Assembly (NCBI GenBank): GCA_020184695.1
Contig: JAANOX010000124.1
Coordinates: forward strand, 1-58,527
Direction: 5' to 3'
Length of the DNA stretch: 58,527 nt
DNA from: Histomonas meleagridis 2922-C6/04-290x
Lineage: Eukaryota; Protista; Parabasalia
Position 1 is the first letter of the stretch. The number at the start of each line of letters is the position of its first letter. The notes under the pieces are model-generated. The model had not been told where the DNA came from. It searched no databases and saw only the letters and a program-made list of their open reading frames with translations. The position numbers and the translations under genes are program-made. This document shows, one piece after another, positions 23,831-32,862 of the stretch.

Positions 23831-24637
23831 ATGGAAAACGATATTAATATTGATGCCTTAGATAATATGATTGATTATTGTTTATATAAAAATAAACCTA
23901 AATTAAATGAAGAATTAATAAGTGAAATTCATCCAGAAGTGAATGTACCTTATAATTCTTTAAATATAGCAGTAGGTAGACAAAGAAGTGGGAAAACTCA
24001 ATGTATAATTAGAGAAATTATTAAAATTAGTAATATTAGTCCTAGAACTCATTTATTAATTTATATTAATAAAAAAATGGATTAAAAAATGATCCCACTT
24101 TTGAATCATTAAAACCTTTAATTAAAATCCCAATTTTATATGTAGCTGAAAATCAAGCAGAAGATATAGTTAAAGATATATTAAAATGGAAACAATTTTA
24201 TAATGAAATTAAAAATAATCATTGGGAAAATAAAATAGTAGATAAGCAAATAAATGAATTATTTGAAAAATTATATATTAATAATTTTAATAATTTAACT
24301 TTACATATTATAATATTTTTTTATGATTTTGATAATAGTCCTTTATTTATAAAAAAACCTACTAATTATTTTTAATCAATTATTTACTAAATTAGCTCAT
24401 ATTCAATGTTCTGTATTTTTCGCTGTACAATTTTGGAAATCTTTACCTGCTGAAGTTAAAGCTAATGTAAGTACTATATTTATATTTCCTAATTTCTCTA
24501 AACAACAATTAAGTTATATGATAGCTCAAATACCATTGCCTTATACTAAAGATCGAATTTATTCAGTTTATCAAAAACTGACAGGACATCAAAAAATGAT
24601 CGTCGACGTGAATAATCAAAAAATAAAAATTGAATAA
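23831..24637 (+). pseudogene. A32-like (FtsK/HerA superfamily) genome-packaging ATPase (V2)
   Basis: Walker A AVGRQRSGKT (~23970-23998), a Walker-B-like IIFFYD, and LAHIQCSVFFAVQFWKSLPAEVKAN. Frameshift in an A-run at ~24075. Confidence 0.85.
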
Positions 24638-24668
24638 AAAATGATAAATTAAAATTCATTTTTTTTTA

Positions 24669-25269
24669 ATGTTAAAAGGCCAACAGGGTATAGATAATGA
24701 AATAGCTACTTATCTCAATGTGCTTGGGGTCGATATGACTGCTGCTAAAGAAAACTTAAAACAATGGAGAAATAATCAATCCAATAAAACTATAAATGAT
24801 CTTAATAATCAAATAAAAATATGGCGAACATTAAAAACAACCAATATAGATGAGAATACTTTATGGGACAATATATTGACGTATTTACAAAATATTCAAC
24901 ATCCGTTTTTTGACGAACTAGCTCCATTTCATCCAGAAGTTCTAAAGGATGATGCTTTGGAAGAAAACAGAATAAGAAGATCATTTTTCATCAATGCAAC
25001 CAACAGTAACTATCGAAGACATTAAACCAATTTTGTCTAACGAAATTCCACCATTGGGTTATGAAAAAATGGTTGGATATCCTTCAATTAATGAAGAAAT
25101 AATAATTGATCCAAGGAAATTATTTGGACATAAGTTATTATTTGATCCTCTAAAGAATATCATCGTTCTGAATACTATCAAATTCCATTTTTCAAAAATG
25201 ATACAAAAACAAAGCAAAATATGCTCAAATGAATCCAGAAATATTATGATAACATTAAAGAAACAATAG
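24669..25269 (+). pseudogene. Hypothetical protein, last recognisable gene of V2 (two overlapping ORFs)
   Basis: ORFs 24669..25025 and 24994..25269; TCATT 13 nt upstream of the ATG. Confidence 0.45.
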
Positions 25270-25954
25270 CAGTGATATCAGTTAACTTAATAAATCTAAA
25301 TAATTAAGTAGACACTTAAAAATACGAATGAAAAAATAAAAAAATAAATTAAGAAAAAATCACTTCAGATCATTTTTTTCACTTCACCAAAATTTCAATC
25401 ATTCATAACAATTTATGCAAAAAATATTTTTATTAAACAATCACATTTTTTTGAATAACAAATCATATATTTTTATTTATAAATATATAAAGATCACAGC
25501 CACCACATATAAAAAGTTGCACTAGATTTATTATCGACTAAGTCGATTTTTTCATATATTTTCACTTTTTCTCAAAATTTTTAATAAAAATGATAAAGGA
25601 TAATAGTTTAGAAAATAAGCACATCTAATATGCAACATTACTATATAGGAAATAATCCAAAATTCCATAAAAAGTATGGTCAAAATCAGATCGAAATTTC
25701 GAAACGAGGGTATTTTTGTAATCTCCTACCAATGCTATCCTTAACGTAAAATTATTGTTGAAAAAATATTGCAGGATTTTGAGTTTAGTACCTCTGGTAT
25801 ACCTTGTGAATTTTTTTCGCTTAATTAAGTCATGAATTTATATTATAAATATTATCAAAAACATAAGTAATATGTTTAATGTTCATTAAAAAAATCATGG
25901 TTTTCTTCAAAAATTACAGATCAATAAACGTATAAATAAATTTTATTAAAAAAA

Positions 25955-26444
25955 TTATGTTTCATTCGGAAGAAAAGGTATCCTTTGAACAGATGTGCCA
26001 TTGGACTTTTTCCTGGAATTTGTACGAATAACAAAACAAAAGAGGATCACACAAAGAATATCAATTAGTATAAGTAAGAATAAAATCAACAAAGAGCTTT
26101 GTAAGAGATCGCTTTTTTCATGAAAGTATCCTTGAAATTGTGATAGTCTTGTGATTTCATTTCCATTTGCAAGAAAAACTCTGTTTTGAAGAATATTCTT
26201 AAAACTGCGTTTCGGAATATGGCTAACTTTTAAAAGATTTGGCTTAGCTATTTGAAAATCTGATAGATGTAAGAGAGTAAGGTTTGCTAAAAAAGACATT
26301 TATCATAACCGAAAAGTGTCCGATAATTTTAAATTCAAATAAATTGTCACATTCTGTAAAGTATGTAAAAATTTTTACTTCACATTTGTCAGAATCTGAT
26401 TCAAAAACGGGCACACGCTTTTTAGGTAAAGTGCATAAACCCAA
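25955..26444 (-). CDS. Hypothetical host membrane protein, probably split by a homopolymer frameshift
   Basis: ORFs 26244..26444 and 25955..26299 overlap at a T-run. C-terminal hydrophobic segment LLILFLLILIDILCVILFCFVI is followed by basic residues. Confidence 0.35.
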
Positions 26445-26492
26445 TTGATCAATAGTACGTTAATTTTCCTATCGTGTCAATTTTTTTTTTTC

Positions 26493-29400
26493 ATGAAAAA
26501 TTATGAATTTGATCTAACTTATGAAACAAAAAACTCAGAATTTGAAGCCACCTACGGAGAAGGGGTATTTTTTTCGCAAGAATCATGGGAAATAACCAAT
26601 GAAGATTCGAAAATAGAAAATATTCAAAATACGATTAAAAATCTTCATATTAAAACAGAAGTTATCGAACCATTTCATTCTCATTTTAGAGTGAACAAGG
26701 ATTCATATATTTTAGAGAAATATATCGACAATATCCTTTTTCCAACACCCGAAACAATTAATTGCGTTATTGCTCATTTATCCCACATCGATCAGTTTCC
26801 ATATGATGAGTCTCATTCCGCAAAGTTGCCCTGTATTTTTTCATGGATTGATGCATCAACTATTTTTTCCTCAGAATATACACAATTTGTTCAGAGCTAC
26901 ATTAGAAATAGTTATAAGAATTTTCGAAAAGATCTTAAATGTGTTGTTTTAGTTGGAACTTCACCAGATACAATGAAAAATGTATCATCTCTTCGCCGTG
27001 AATTTCCAGGTCGTCTGCTTTTTCATTACATTGGGTTTGGGTTTCCAAACATCACAAAAGAGGGAATCTGGTGTTACGATCGCCGATATTCTACATTTAC
27101 AACATTTTCTTATTCTAATCTTTTAAGTAACTTAGCTACTCCTTCGTTTTTTATATTCGACTGTAATCATGCTTCTCTGGCTCTTGAGCAAATTTCTAAT
27201 ATAATCTCAAAAACAGATCAATCTCAAGATTGGTATTGTATATGTGCAACTGGACAAGACGAAGAGCTTCCAACAGATCCACGTCTTCCAAAGGACTTCC
27301 TAACATCTATTCTTTTCTCTCCACTCAAGATGGCAGTCATTTGTCATCTTCTCCGATATTATCATATTAACACAACAAGTCCAAAATTTGCTCTTGAGCC
27401 ACCATTCCAACAAATCTGGAATCCAAAATCCACCGAATATCACAAAAATATGCTTTTTCTAAAATCAATTACAGATTCTATTGCTGCCGATTCTCTTCCG
27501 CAAGAATTATATTTAAAGCTTTTTCAAGGCAATAATATGACTTCAGATATTTTTCATCGATATCTTTTTGCACAATTTATTCTTAAGTATTATCATATTA
27601 TTCCACATTCACATCCAGAACTTCCTAATTTATCTACACGTGATCTTTGGCGTCGTTGGATTATCACTTTTGATTCAATGATTATTAATGCAAGTACACC
27701 TCCACTTTTTTATATTAACGAATTTTATACACGCGTATCCGATTCATTTCGAATACTTCTTAACAGTAACAACTTAAATTTCATAACTCCTTATTTTCCA
27801 GTCTTGTTATATTACATGACACTTTTTAATGATGAAAACGAACTTCCCTATGAAATGTTATATGAATACACGTTAAGATCTAATTCAAAAAATATGATCG
27901 TAATTGATTCAATTTTCCCAAATCTTTTTGAAAAACTTGTAAAAACCGATCCAAACACTAAAATATTTTATCCTTTATGTTTTCTTTCTTCATATTTTTT
28001 ATGCTATTGTCCAAGCATAAAAAATAATGTTGATGTTGATGTGTTTATTTTTCCTGAACATATATTTAATCATAAATTTTCTAATGAAACAAGAATTTTA
28101 ATCGCTATTGTTATTGCAAGTGCTGTCACATATAATGAAAGGCTTCAAGAAATTTGTTCTTCCCAATCTTATATGGATTCCATAAAAGAAGAAATAGCTA
28201 TGTCAACACCACAACTTTCTGCATGGATGTTAATGATAGTTCAAAGAACATTTTCATTATTATATTCACCTGATTCAGAATGTTTTGCTAAGAATGGCTT
28301 TCATATTCAATGTGCAATTTGTTTAAGAAGTAAATGCATTGAGTTAAGAGCTGCAGCAATTGCAACTTTATCTTGTTTTATGCGTCCATTTGAATCTAAT
28401 GTTAATTCACAATTATTATTAATGGCAATTATTGGTAATATATCTGACGTTTCATTTTTAGTTCGATTTTGTTTGTTATTACTTGTGAAAAAATTTGTGT
28501 TATCATTTGATCAGTTGGATTTATATGAATTTAATTTCAATGAAAAATCGTATAAAGAAATTAATAAAAAATTATTTGGCTCAGAAGAACTAAAAAATAA
28601 TTTCGAAGTTATCGATAATATTATGGAAAATATGAATTTTACTGACGTTACATGTGAAGTTTCGTTTTATTTATTACATTTCTTTAGTAAAGATCCTCAT
28701 TGTTCTATAAGAAAAGTATCAAATGAAATGATTAAATTCTTAAATATAGAAAAGAGTTCAAACGAAGAATATTTCGAGTTCTCTGAAGAACAAGAAATTA
28801 ATGAATTTTTGGATAATTTAAATCAGAATGAAGCACTTTATAGAATAATGTTATATAATACAATTGAAAATCTGAAAATTAAAGAAAGCGAAACAAAACA
28901 TCATTATTTGTTGGTCGAAAATTCATTTAAAATAAAAAATAAAATCAATTTTATTCGTTTCGATAATAAAAATAATGGAATTGCTTTTAGTGATAATAAA
29001 ACAATTTATTATTTACTCCAAAATGAAATTTATAAACACGAATTCCAAACACGAATCCAAAATATTCAAATAATTTCAATTGACGATAGAAATTATGTAA
29101 CGGTTTTAGCAAGCGACGGTTGTGTTTACGTTTGGGACCCGTTAATTAACACTTTTTATATTACATTTCGATTTAATCCCAAACCAAATGAAAACAAATT
29201 AAATTTCATCTGTTCAACGGATTCAACTGGATTTTATACCATCTCAAATAATGACGTTATTGCACAATGGAATTTAAAGTCTGAACAATTGTTAAATGAA
29301 TATGAATTAAACATTGAAAGTGAAATTCTTTATGTTGAAAAAACAAATGACAAAATTTATATGTCACTTACTAATGGTGATATTTTTGTATTTTGCATAA

Positions 29401-29747
29401 TTAACAAAAAATATGAAATAATAAATCATAATTTACCGATTCATAAGATGATACATATCAATAATTTTTTATATTGTTTAAACAGTGAAAATCAGATTGA
29501 ATTGTTTTATATTGGAAAATGGGAAAATATTTTAGACAATGTTTTCTCATTTGATGTAATTAACAACGATAAATTACTTGTTTGCCAAATTAATAAAGCG
29601 CCTTTCATATGTAATAAAAGCGGAAATGTTTTGTACGAATTCACAGGTGTTCCATCAAATTGTATTTGCGCTTGTGGCGAAAAAGGAAATTTCGCTGCTT
29701 TTGGATGCGATGATGGAACATTGAAAATAACAGAAATTAAAAAATAA
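26493..29747 (+). CDS. Raptor/KOG1-like protein (Raptor-N, HEAT, divergent WD40)
   Basis: RLLFHYIGFGFP..IWCYD, PSFFIFDCNHA and EELPTDPRLPKDFLTSILFSPLK match Raptor N-terminal motifs. HEAT-like ELRAAAIATLS and a beta-rich C-terminus follow. First ATG at 26493. Confidence 0.85.
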   Translation: MKNYEFDLTYETKNSEFEATYGEGVFFSQESWEITNEDSKIENIQNTIKNLHIKTEVIEPFHSHFRVNKDSYILEKYIDNILFPTPETINCVIAHLSHIDQFPYDESHSAKLPCIFSWIDASTIFSSEYTQFVQSYIRNSYKNFRKDLKCVVLVGTSPDTMKNVSSLRREFPGRLLFHYIGFGFPNITKEGIWCYDRRYSTFTTFSYSNLLSNLATPSFFIFDCNHASLALEQISNIISKTDQSQDWYCICATGQDEELPTDPRLPKDFLTSILFSPLKMAVICHLLRYYHINTTSPKFALEPPFQQIWNPKSTEYHKNMLFLKSITDSIAADSLPQELYLKLFQGNNMTSDIFHRYLFAQFILKYYHIIPHSHPELPNLSTRDLWRRWIITFDSMIINASTPPLFYINEFYTRVSDSFRILLNSNNLNFITPYFPVLLYYMTLFNDENELPYEMLYEYTLRSNSKNMIVIDSIFPNLFEKLVKTDPNTKIFYPLCFLSSYFLCYCPSIKNNVDVDVFIFPEHIFNHKFSNETRILIAIVIASAVTYNERLQEICSSQSYMDSIKEEIAMSTPQLSAWMLMIVQRTFSLLYSPDSECFAKNGFHIQCAICLRSKCIELRAAAIATLSCFMRPFESNVNSQLLLMAIIGNISDVSFLVRFCLLLLVKKFVLSFDQLDLYEFNFNEKSYKEINKKLFGSEELKNNFEVIDNIMENMNFTDVTCEVSFYLLHFFSKDPHCSIRKVSNEMIKFLNIEKSSNEEYFEFSEEQEINEFLDNLNQNEALYRIMLYNTIENLKIKESETKHHYLLVENSFKIKNKINFIRFDNKNNGIAFSDNKTIYYLLQNEIYKHEFQTRIQNIQIISIDDRNYVTVLASDGCVYVWDPLINTFYITFRFNPKPNENKLNFICSTDSTGFYTISNNDVIAQWNLKSEQLLNEYELNIESEILYVEKTNDKIYMSLTNGDIFVFCIINKKYEIINHNLPIHKMIHINNFLYCLNSENQIELFYIGKWENILDNVFSFDVINNDKLLVCQINKAPFICNKSGNVLYEFTGVPSNCICACGEKGNFAAFGCDDGTLKITEIKK

Positions 29748-29826
29748 ACTTTTGTTTTGTTCTACATTTTATTTCTCGAGTTGTAACTATTACAAAATAA
29801 AATCAAAATTTTAGTGTAAATATATT

Positions 29827-30444
29827 TTAACAGCATCCGCCTTGGTTCTGGTCGTTTTGTGTTCTGTTGCTAGTATGAAGAACAAGTTGTGGTGGGTTGG
29901 ACTTGAAGTTTCCACGAATTTCGCCTTTCTGAACTTTTGAATGAATAAGATTTCCAAGTCTTATAAATGTTTCCTTAATGTTTGAATCACTTAATGCTGA
30001 CGTTTCAATGTATTCAATTCCATGCCTTTCTGCAAAAAGACTGGCATCAGTGTTGCTAACTTGTCTTTCATTTTCTTGAATGTCACATTTATTTCCAACT
30101 ACAAGAATAGCAGCATTTGGTGATGCTAAGGAGTGAAGGTCATTAAGCCATCCATTGAGGTCATCAAATGAATTCTTATCTATCAATGAAAAAACTAGAA
30201 CAGCACCAACAGCATTTCGGAAATAAGCCTTAGAAATAGACCTGAACTTTTCTTGTCCTGCAGTGTCCCAGATGTTGATTTTAATTGTTTCTTCATCACA
30301 ATTTACCTGAAAAGTATTAAATTCAACACCAATTGTTGGTTGTTTGTCAGCTGAAAAGGTACCTTCTATCAAGCGCTGAATCATAGAGGTTTTCCCGACA
30401 CCAGATGATCCTACAACAACGACTTTATATGTATCAACAGACAT
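29827..30444 (-). CDS. Rab-family small GTPase
   Basis: GSSGVGKT, PTIGVEF, WDTAGQE, NKCD, ETSAL and C-terminal GGCC. ATG at 30444. Confidence 0.96.
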   Translation of the reverse strand: MSVDTYKVVVVGSSGVGKTSMIQRLIEGTFSADKQPTIGVEFNTFQVNCDEETIKINIWDTAGQEKFRSISKAYFRNAVGAVLVFSLIDKNSFDDLNGWLNDLHSLASPNAAILVVGNKCDIQENERQVSNTDASLFAERHGIEYIETSALSDSNIKETFIRLGNLIHSKVQKGEIRGNFKSNPPQLVLHTSNRTQNDQNQGGCC

Positions 30445-30731
30445 CTGACATATCCCGTCAGAGCCCGTTAAAAAAACCAAAATAAACGGTTGAAAATATT
30501 CGACAATTAAAAATAGTATATTTTTGCATTAAAATTTTACTTCAAGAATAATGCATGGACATTACCACACATAAAGACATAAAATAATACATGCAAGCAC
30601 TTCAACGTATTATGAATGGAGCATCAAATCCATTTGCATCAAATGTACTAACAACGGAGGAATTAGAAAGAATTTGTACCTAAACATATCTAAACAATTT
30701 TGTTTCTGTCAGGGGTAAATATATAATGCGA

Positions 30732-30775
30732 TCGGGACAATCCCAGGGACCCTAGGGTCCCTGGGATTGTCCCGA
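30732..30775. repeat. Perfect 44-bp palindrome at the left end of V3
   Basis: tcgggacaatcccagggaccct|agggtccctgggattgtcccga. Confidence 0.97.
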
Positions 30776-31117
30776 CCTTAAGTTTTCACTCGGAAGATTG
30801 AAGGAATCTGTGGCCTCCGGAGGTGCCCATCTACCGAGTGTGCTCGCTCCGCTCGTTACATAAATCAAAATGATTTTTGTATACCCATACAATTCATTCA
30901 ATAAATTGAATACCAATTCAAAATTAAATGAACGCGAAACTTTTTGATAGAAACGATGGCACTTTAACACCACTTTTCACATAAACCTATCAAAAACCTC
31001 ACATAACCAACACGAATCGTCCTCGGTTATGTCTGGCCGGACATTAATCTCATTCAGTGGCAAATATAATTTTGAATAGTAAATAACTGTTATAAATTAT
31101 CACTTCATTTTTTCTTC

Positions 31118-31591
31118 ATGATTGCACATATTTATTCCTTTGCTCAAATTGCGGACAATATCAAAAATAAGGATCTTTCTGCTATTGATGTTGCAATATT
31201 CTTTGATCCTAAATATAATAAAATGCGAAATTACAACAATTTTATTATCAATCCAATTAAGATGATAATAAAACATAGTTATTCTACCGAATTTTATTTT
31301 ATTCAAAGAGAAATAATAGAATTCTTTGACAATCCAATACTAATATCAATTACAATTACTGAAAATAAGAAACCACCTATAAATCAAAATGTTCATTATT
31401 TAGAAATAGACTTATTTCCATTGAAATGTAAATTTGGACGATGGTATGCGTCATATATCTATGAGTCATATAATGATGAAATTAATCGGACATTACTAGA
31501 TAATGTAATCGTTAATAGTCAACATAAAGACAAAACTCATCAATCTGCTTTTGATTTAAAGCAGGATCATTTTCAAGAGTGTCTAAAATAA
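31118..31591 (+). CDS. ORF-X (V3 copy)
   Basis: Homolog of 19595..20068. Confidence 0.6.
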   Translation: MIAHIYSFAQIADNIKNKDLSAIDVAIFFDPKYNKMRNYNNFIINPIKMIIKHSYSTEFYFIQREIIEFFDNPILISITITENKKPPINQNVHYLEIDLFPLKCKFGRWYASYIYESYNDEINRTLLDNVIVNSQHKDKTHQSAFDLKQDHFQECLK

Positions 31592-31609
31592 AAATGATTT
31601 TAATTTTTT

Positions 31610-31843
31610 TTATTTATTTTGATTCCATAAAAAACTAGAAAATGATGAATATATTCTACTATTTTGTCTTTCAATTGGATAATTTGTTAATTTTTCAAAA
31701 TAAATTGAATTACTAATAGTTAGTTTTGGTAACTTTATATACTGGATAGATGGATCTATTAACTCAGATTCTTCTTCTATCGTTGTTGAATTTGATGTCT
31801 CATTGTCATAATAAGTCTTGATCACCTTCGTGCTATCAGACAT
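31610..31843 (-). CDS. Small hypothetical protein (MSDSTKVIKTYYDNET...)
   Basis: TCATT 12 nt upstream; a frameshifted copy lies in V2 (~20085..20333). Confidence 0.45.
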   Translation of the reverse strand: MSDSTKVIKTYYDNETSNSTTIEEESELIDPSIQYIKLPKLTISNSIYFEKLTNYPIERQNSRIYSSFSSFLWNQNK

Positions 31844-31910
31844 TAATAAAAATGAAAATTTTATTAAAATATAATGAATTTTTGAAACTAAACTATGACA
31901 AATGGGACGT

Positions 31911-31931
31911 AGGCGTCCTTTAAGGACGCCT
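31911..31931. promoter_or_regulatory. GC-rich internal palindrome aggcgtcctt-t-aaggacgcct (V2 copy 20401..20423)
   Basis: 10-bp perfect arms in an AT-rich intergenic gap; conserved in V2 with one mismatch. Function unknown. Confidence 0.4.
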
Positions 31932-31993
31932 GGGATTTGACATAGTTTAGTTTCAAAAATTCAAAACAATATATATATATAAATAATATTTTA

Positions 31994-32263
31994 TTATTTC
32001 TTTTGACCAACTAGTGCATTTGCTACACCATCTATAACAGGTGAGAATTTATCTGCTATTTTAATTCCTTTCGCAATAGCACCTGCATGACCAGGTAAAT
32101 TTTCAATTCCAGGTATTTTACCTACTGTATTTACAACAGGTTTAGCTACTTTATTCCGAACATTACCTATGAATCTTCCAACTGGTTTAATAATTTTATC
32201 TCTGATCCAAGCACCAGCTTTTTTAAATCCATTTTTAATTTTGTTCCAAAAACCCCAAGCCAT
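31994..32263 (-). CDS. Amphipathic peptide paralog 1 (V3)
   Basis: MAWGFWNKIKNGFKKAGAWIRDKII... Confidence 0.7.
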   Translation of the reverse strand: MAWGFWNKIKNGFKKAGAWIRDKIIKPVGRFIGNVRNKVAKPVVNTVGKIPGIENLPGHAGAIAKGIKIADKFSPVIDGVANALVGQKK

Positions 32264-32298
32264 AAATAATAATAAAAATAAATTATTAATTCTTTTTT

Positions 32299-32571
32299 TT
32301 ATTGATAAAATATAGGATGGATCTTGTCATTTGCTTCATTTCCTATATTTTTAAATAATGGAATTATTTTATCACCGGTTGCAAATATTTTATCCACAGG
32401 TAACTTTTTAAGAGGTTTTATTTTTTTTATGTCTTCTTTATGTTGTTTAGCAAATTCATAACCTTTCACAATATGTGGACTAATTTTTTTAAATCCTTCT
32501 TTCATTTTTTTAAGTAAAGATCCTATTTTCTTTATACCGTTTTTAAATTTGTTCCACAAACCCCACGCCAT
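32299..32571 (-). CDS. Amphipathic peptide paralog 2 (90 aa)
   Basis: MAWGLWNKFKNGIKKIGSLLKKMKEGFKKIS...; same 5' leader as paralog 1. Confidence 0.68.
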   Translation of the reverse strand: MAWGLWNKFKNGIKKIGSLLKKMKEGFKKISPHIVKGYEFAKQHKEDIKKIKPLKKLPVDKIFATGDKIIPLFKNIGNEANDKIHPIFYQ

Positions 32572-32699
32572 AAATAATAATAAAAATAAATTCATTGTTT
32601 TATTAAATTCTGTAATATTAACTTATTCCTAACTTTTTCTTTTACATCTTTAAATATTATTTTATCATTAGGTTTATATGGTAGAATTCTATTTTTCTT

Positions 32700-32827
32700 A
32701 CCTACATTCCTTTCATGTTCTAACAATTTTTTTCACATTTTTTTGTTGAATTTTTTTCTTGTTGTTCTTTACTTAACTGAAATTTGCTCAAACCTTTTTT
32801 AATTTTATTTCAAAAACCCCAACCCAT
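32700..32827 (-). pseudogene. Amphipathic peptide paralog 3, disrupted
   Basis: Manual reading from ATG 32827 gives MGWGF, a disruption at the conserved Trp, then NKIKKGLSKF. Confidence 0.5.
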
Positions 32828-32862
32828 TTAAAAATTATGAAAAATATTTTTCATTTTTATTA

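Larger units (their letters stand above)
19098..25269 (+). mobile_element. Endogenous virus-like element copy V2
   Basis: Order: hairpin, ORF-X, small ORF, amphipathic peptide genes, MCP, chromodomain, hypothetical, ATPase, hypothetical. The left ~3.5 kb is collinear with V3 and the right part with V1. Confidence 0.82.

Noticed and set aside
25270-25600. Second hairpin or TIR at the right end of V2 (also searched 10830-11400 for V1)
   Set aside because: None found by eye; right termini remain undefined.
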